Shown: piece by piece, positions 59,801 through 64,000 of the stretch
Layout of the letters: the number at the start of each line of letters is the position of its first letter
How positions within the stretch are numbered: position 1 is the first letter of the stretch
Assembly: GCF_000150275.1 (NCBI RefSeq)
Contig: NW_002060947.1
Span: forward strand, 2,221,740 to 2,285,739
Source: Trichoplax adhaerens
Lineage: Eukaryota > Animalia > Placozoa
DNA: 64,000 nucleotides
Direction: 5' to 3'
Program-made: the position numbers and the translations under genes
Notes under the pieces: model-generated
What the model saw: the letters and a program-made list of their open reading frames with translations, nothing else
What the model was told of the DNA's origin: nothing
Databases searched by the model: none

Positions 59801-61551
59801 CATGTATAATAATTTGTAGTTTACAGCCTACACCGCTAAGAATGGATATTCTCGCCATATAGAGTAGCTAGATACAGAGCAATTAAAGATATGATCAAGT
59901 AATTGCTCCGTAGGACAAAATTGTAAATTTCTAAATTTTATACTTTGATTTAACGCACCAATTTCTGAAGCTTTTTCAACGACGCATACTCTTAATTCCT
60001 TTCCATTCTGATCAGCTAACTGCTTCAGTTTTATAGCCGTAGTTAGACCAGCTGGTCCAGCACCGACAATAACAACATCAGCTTCATCAGCAACACGCTC
60101 CATGTCAATCTCTGCTCATACCATCAGAGATATTAATCAGTCATTAATCATACTTTATTACATCTAGATGTGTAAAACGTAACATTCGCTGCAATAACAC
60201 GAGGTGCAACAAGATGGGTTATATGTATGATGAATGCATAATACTACCAATGAACACCAATATACATAGTTCTAATAACATAACGCCTACCTGGCATTCT
60301 GTAACATGATGACAAATTGTTGTATCTAAAGTTGAATGATTACGTCTAAGTATACTATCCTAGCAATAATAATTCACGTAATTGAGCCAATACAGAATTC
60401 AAGCAAAATATTAGCAAAGGATTGGTAGCTTTTGATATTATTTTATCAATGTTTTAATTTAATACAAGTGATATCATAATTCATCCCAAAGTTGGCATTG
60501 TAGAACCTCTCTAAAGTTCTAAGTGCTTATTGATACAGGAACTCTACGCCTCACCCATCTTAATTGGCTTAATTTAGTCCAGTACGTACAATATATTTAC
60601 GATTGCCATTACAGTAAAAAGTAGTTACTCATAATTACCTTTCCATCTTTTATCTGTGTTTCGTGGGATTATGGAGTAGTGGGTTGTAATCTTAGACTGT
60701 TTTTCAACTTGGCTGCAATTTCCTCTCCATAATTTGCTCCAATCTGCAGGTTAAATTAATTAATTCTAGTTAGCATTCACGTTTGTAATTCATAAAATCA
60801 CTTTGCTAACCTTACCTTTTTGTGCAATACTTTATATATAATTAATATACTGTATAAGGCGTATACTGTAGTTGCAAACATGTAACACTGAATCTGCCCT
60901 ATGAAGGAAGCATACTATACATACGTATTCTATTTTAAGTATCAACGGAAGTGAAGCAATTACTAGTGTAATCTCACAATATGCACGTCTTTTAATAGTA
61001 AATAACAAATAAGGTGTAAATGCCACGCAAAATCCCATCTAACTATATGAAACTGTACAGCGTACGTATATAGCATATATTAGCGTATATACACTATACA
61101 GTATACTGCAGTATATACGCACATCAGCGTAATAATGCTGATGCAATCGTAGGGATCGATCGCTGTAGCCGAGCAAAGCACTTCTGCAGTACATACAGTC
61201 AATCAGGGAATACTAAAGAGAGAAATTAATGGTCAAGAGTAACACTCGTACCAATGTTTCTACTGAACTGCTTATCAAATCATGATCAAAGCATATCAAA
61301 GCAATTAAATCTATCTAATATATTCTTATAAAATAAATGATAATCTAAAATCTAATCCATAAACCGGTTATGTACTGGTTTCCAATACGTTTACGAAATA
61401 TTAATCTCAAATAGCAGACATTATTTTATCAACATAACCATGTAGAAGTAGCAAAATCGTAGTAATTTTCTTTAAACTGCATATACCTCTTACCTCTACT
61501 CATGCAGCGACTAGCCAAGCCAGGTCTAAGTCTGAATAAATTTCCGGCCAT
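56899..61551 (-). CDS. ETFDH: Electron transfer flavoprotein-ubiquinone oxidoreductase, mitochondrial, about 14 coding exons
   Basis: Presequence-like [43 protein letters not shown] (FAD), [40 protein letters not shown] and [13 protein letters not shown] (4Fe-4S), GGGPAYNGM*. Confidence 0.97.
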
Positions 61552-61599
61552 TTGTCAACAAGCTTCGAAGTTCGAACAGAATGAGGAGTTGCTACCATG

Positions 61600-63280
61600 G
61601 ACAATACAGTATACTGTACTCAGTACCGTATCAAACAGAGATATACTGTACAGTATAAAGTACTGTAGTCTGAAATAGCTCTACAGTACAGTACACTGTA
61701 GAATTTGCAGTCTACAGTACAGTACAGTACAGTACAGTACTACGCTATACCGTATTTTACTGTACAGTATAAAGTACTGTAGTCTGAAATAGCTCTACAG
61801 TACAGTACACTGTAGAATTTGCAGTCTGTACAGTACAGTACAGTACAGTACAGTACTACGCTATACCGTATTTTACTATACTGTACTGTACAGTACTGTA
61901 CAGTTACTGCTACTCTACTGTATTACGGTGGACGAGAACGGCCAATACGTTACATTAAAAACTTGCTTACTGAGCCTTCTGGGCCACCGTACTTGCTCTA
62001 CAGTGCACACAAACCTCATCCACAGCGCGGCGACCAGATACACAGTGCACAAATTTCCTACACAGCGCGGCGCTACAGTACTCCACAAAACCACCTCCAC
62101 GGTGCACCACTGTCTACAGCGCGGTCCTCGTTTTATTTACAACAGTACAGTAGTAAGTAAATTAACTACCGTACAGTATTGCAAGATGCAGGAAGAGTAT
62201 TCTCGGCCACCGTACAGTGTACTGTACAGTAGTATTTGTACAGTACTACTGGCCACTGTAGTATTTGTACAGTATTTGTGTACTGCATTACAGTACTGTA
62301 CACTGTACAGTAGAAGAAGACCTACAGTACAGTACAGTACAGTACTGTACTGTATAGTACTGTAGTGTGTGCTAAGAACTCACGCCAATGAGCGTTGATC
62401 ACTGTACTGTACTGACTGTGCACTCTACTGTACTGTACACTGTACACTGTACAGTAGATCACTATCATTTTGATAGAGTACAGCAGGTCATTTTCTGTGA
62501 TCTCGGTGTCATCTAGATTTCTTACCGGCTGGGATTTCTATTCGCCCTTATCCTTTGTCGCATTAATAACCTTACCGTATAGTATCCGGACCAACTTGGA
62601 AGAAGTATCCTAAAGAAAGAAGCTTATTTATTAATTAATGTCCCGTCGCGCTCATGATACTTCGCATACTGTAAATTCAATCAGTACTTACTACAATATT
62701 AGACACAGTCATACTGTACTCAGTACAGTATGATTATGAACAGTGCCAATGTACACTTGTACAGTACAGTACAGTACAGTAGTAACAGTCCTAATTGTTC
62801 TAATCGCGTATACCTGAGTTTTTTCCTTCTATCTCCTGTTCAGCGATCTATTGTAATCCTGCCATCTTTTACTAATAATTTAGTAAGCTTTGCCATATTT
62901 CGATTTACATTTATTCCAACGTAATAATGCTCTACGTAGAAAGTTTTGAATGCCTTGAGGACGGCATTACTGACTGCAAACTCAAACACTGTCACGTTTA
63001 CACACCTATTTACAGTGCTCGCAAGACCATTGATTTTGACTCTAGTGCACGTACAGTACTGTACGTACTGTACTGTAAGACAAACGGGGCACGTACGCAT
63101 TACCGTCTGTAATGACAGGGCATGCACTCTGAACTGTACTACAGTACAGTACAGTATACTGTATGGTCACTACAGCCATGGACTACTGTACTGTACTGTA
63201 CTGTACGTCCCGAGATTTGCAGTACAGTATGTACTGTACAGTACAGTACTGTACTGTAATGTACTGTACGGTACGGCCGA
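61600..63280. repeat. (GTACW)n array E in the ETFDH/PHD divergent promoter, with a 114/116-bp near-identical tandem duplication
   Basis: Largest array in the window. Copies 61644-61757 and 61758-61873 differ only by a 2-nt insertion and each holds (TACAG)5. Confidence 0.9.
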
Positions 63281-63307
63281 TCCTTCACTTTTAATTACGG
63301 TCACGTA
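62993..63307 (-). promoter_or_regulatory. Cluster of hypoxia-response element cores (RCGTG) upstream of the PHD ATG
   Basis: TACGTG on the minus strand at 63048-63053, 63090-63095 and 63302-63307, plus ACGTG at 62993-62997. Confidence 0.55.
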
Positions 63308-63430
63308 CATTACGTTTTACTTCAGTTCACTGCATTTGGGGTTCGTGCGAGAGCCGAAACAAAAAGAAAAGAAAATGATTTCTTTTTAGGTTAAGAACGT
63401 TCGTCAGTTAGTCAACTTCTTAATTCCTAA

Positions 63431-64000
63431 ATGGCAAGCTGTAATGAAATTCCTCTTTGTGAATCAGTAACTGATGGGCATTTATTAGTAGACCAGGACG
63501 CCTATTGCTCCTTATGCTTCAAAAAACTTATCAGTGTGAAATGTTCTCTCTGTCAAAGTGCTTATTATTGTAGCAAGGAGCATCAACAATCCCATTGGAA
63601 AATTCATAGAGAGAACTGCATGGATGAACGGAGGCCCAAAATTGGCTGCGATAAAACAGGTTTGGCTCTAGAAAAGACTTGGCAGTTACAGAAGAATGAA
63701 AGATTATCCAATATGGTTGTGAACCAGTTAAATACGAATGGATTTTGTATCATTAATAATTTCCTGGGGAGCAGTTGTAGCACAGAAGTCCTCCAGCAAG
63801 TGTTAAATCTATATCAAAGTGGAGTCTTCAGTAATGGACAGTTAGCTCGTAATGTGTCAGTGAACCGAATTCGTGGGGATAAAATAGCTTGGATTGGAGG
63901 CGATGAACGTGGATGTGAAGCTATTAAATATTTAAGTTCATGCGTGGATTCTCTGATTTCTCGTTGCAACGGACGATTGGGGAATTACATGATAACTGGA
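63431..64000 (+). CDS. EGLN1: HIF prolyl hydroxylase (PHD2/EGLN1/egl-9 type) with N-terminal MYND finger; truncated at window end
   Basis: 190 open codons. CSLC..KCSLCQSAYYCSKEHQQSHWKIHRENC (MYND), NGFCIINNFLG, FSNGQL, IRGDKIAWIGGDERGCEAI, RCNGRLGNYMITG. Acceptor TTTTTAG at 63389. Confidence 0.96.
   Translation, partial: MASCNEIPLCESVTDGHLLVDQDAYCSLCFKKLISVKCSLCQSAYYCSKEHQQSHWKIHRENCMDERRPKIGCDKTGLALEKTWQLQKNERLSNMVVNQLNTNGFCIINNFLGSSCSTEVLQQVLNLYQSGVFSNGQLARNVSVNRIRGDKIAWIGGDERGCEAIKYLSSCVDSLISRCNGRLGNYMITG

Noticed and set aside
60816-60849. Strong GTAAG donor in ETFDH intron 1 suggesting a microexon
   Set aside because: No nearby acceptor gives a stop-free phase 1-1 exon, and exon 1 joins the 60743 exon directly in frame.
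61819-63389. ORFs of 61-147 aa upstream of PHD
   Set aside because: Mostly dominated by microsatellite translation, overlapping on both strands, with no recognisable domain.

Overview
AT-rich, gene-dense eukaryotic DNA with many short (about 65-100 nt) GT-AG introns. The HIF prolyl hydroxylase sequence and the overall organisation point to a placozoan (Trichoplax-like) genome, which is an inference. Genes reconstructed by hand: an intronless thioredoxin (-), CEP135 (-), ABCE1/RLI1 (+), an orphan 133-aa ORF (-), VPS37A (+), MITD1 (-), VWA3B (-), CWF19L2 (+), ETFDH (-) and the 5' part of PHD/EGLN (+). The most striking non-coding signal is a self-complementary (GTACW)n microsatellite (TACAG/TACTG units). 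It forms dense arrays in all four head-to-head intergenic regions and near the window start, and in none of the tail-to-tail regions. These arrays contain duplicated unique cores and produce most of the spurious YCTVQYSTVL-type ORFs in the ORF track. Also seen: a fold-back MITE-like element, an HRE cluster before PHD, an RFX X-box before VWA3B, candidate ABCE1 uORFs, a GC-AG intron, and apparent ancient synteny with human 2q11.2/4q/11q22. Exon boundaries were derived by eye, with no transcript evidence.
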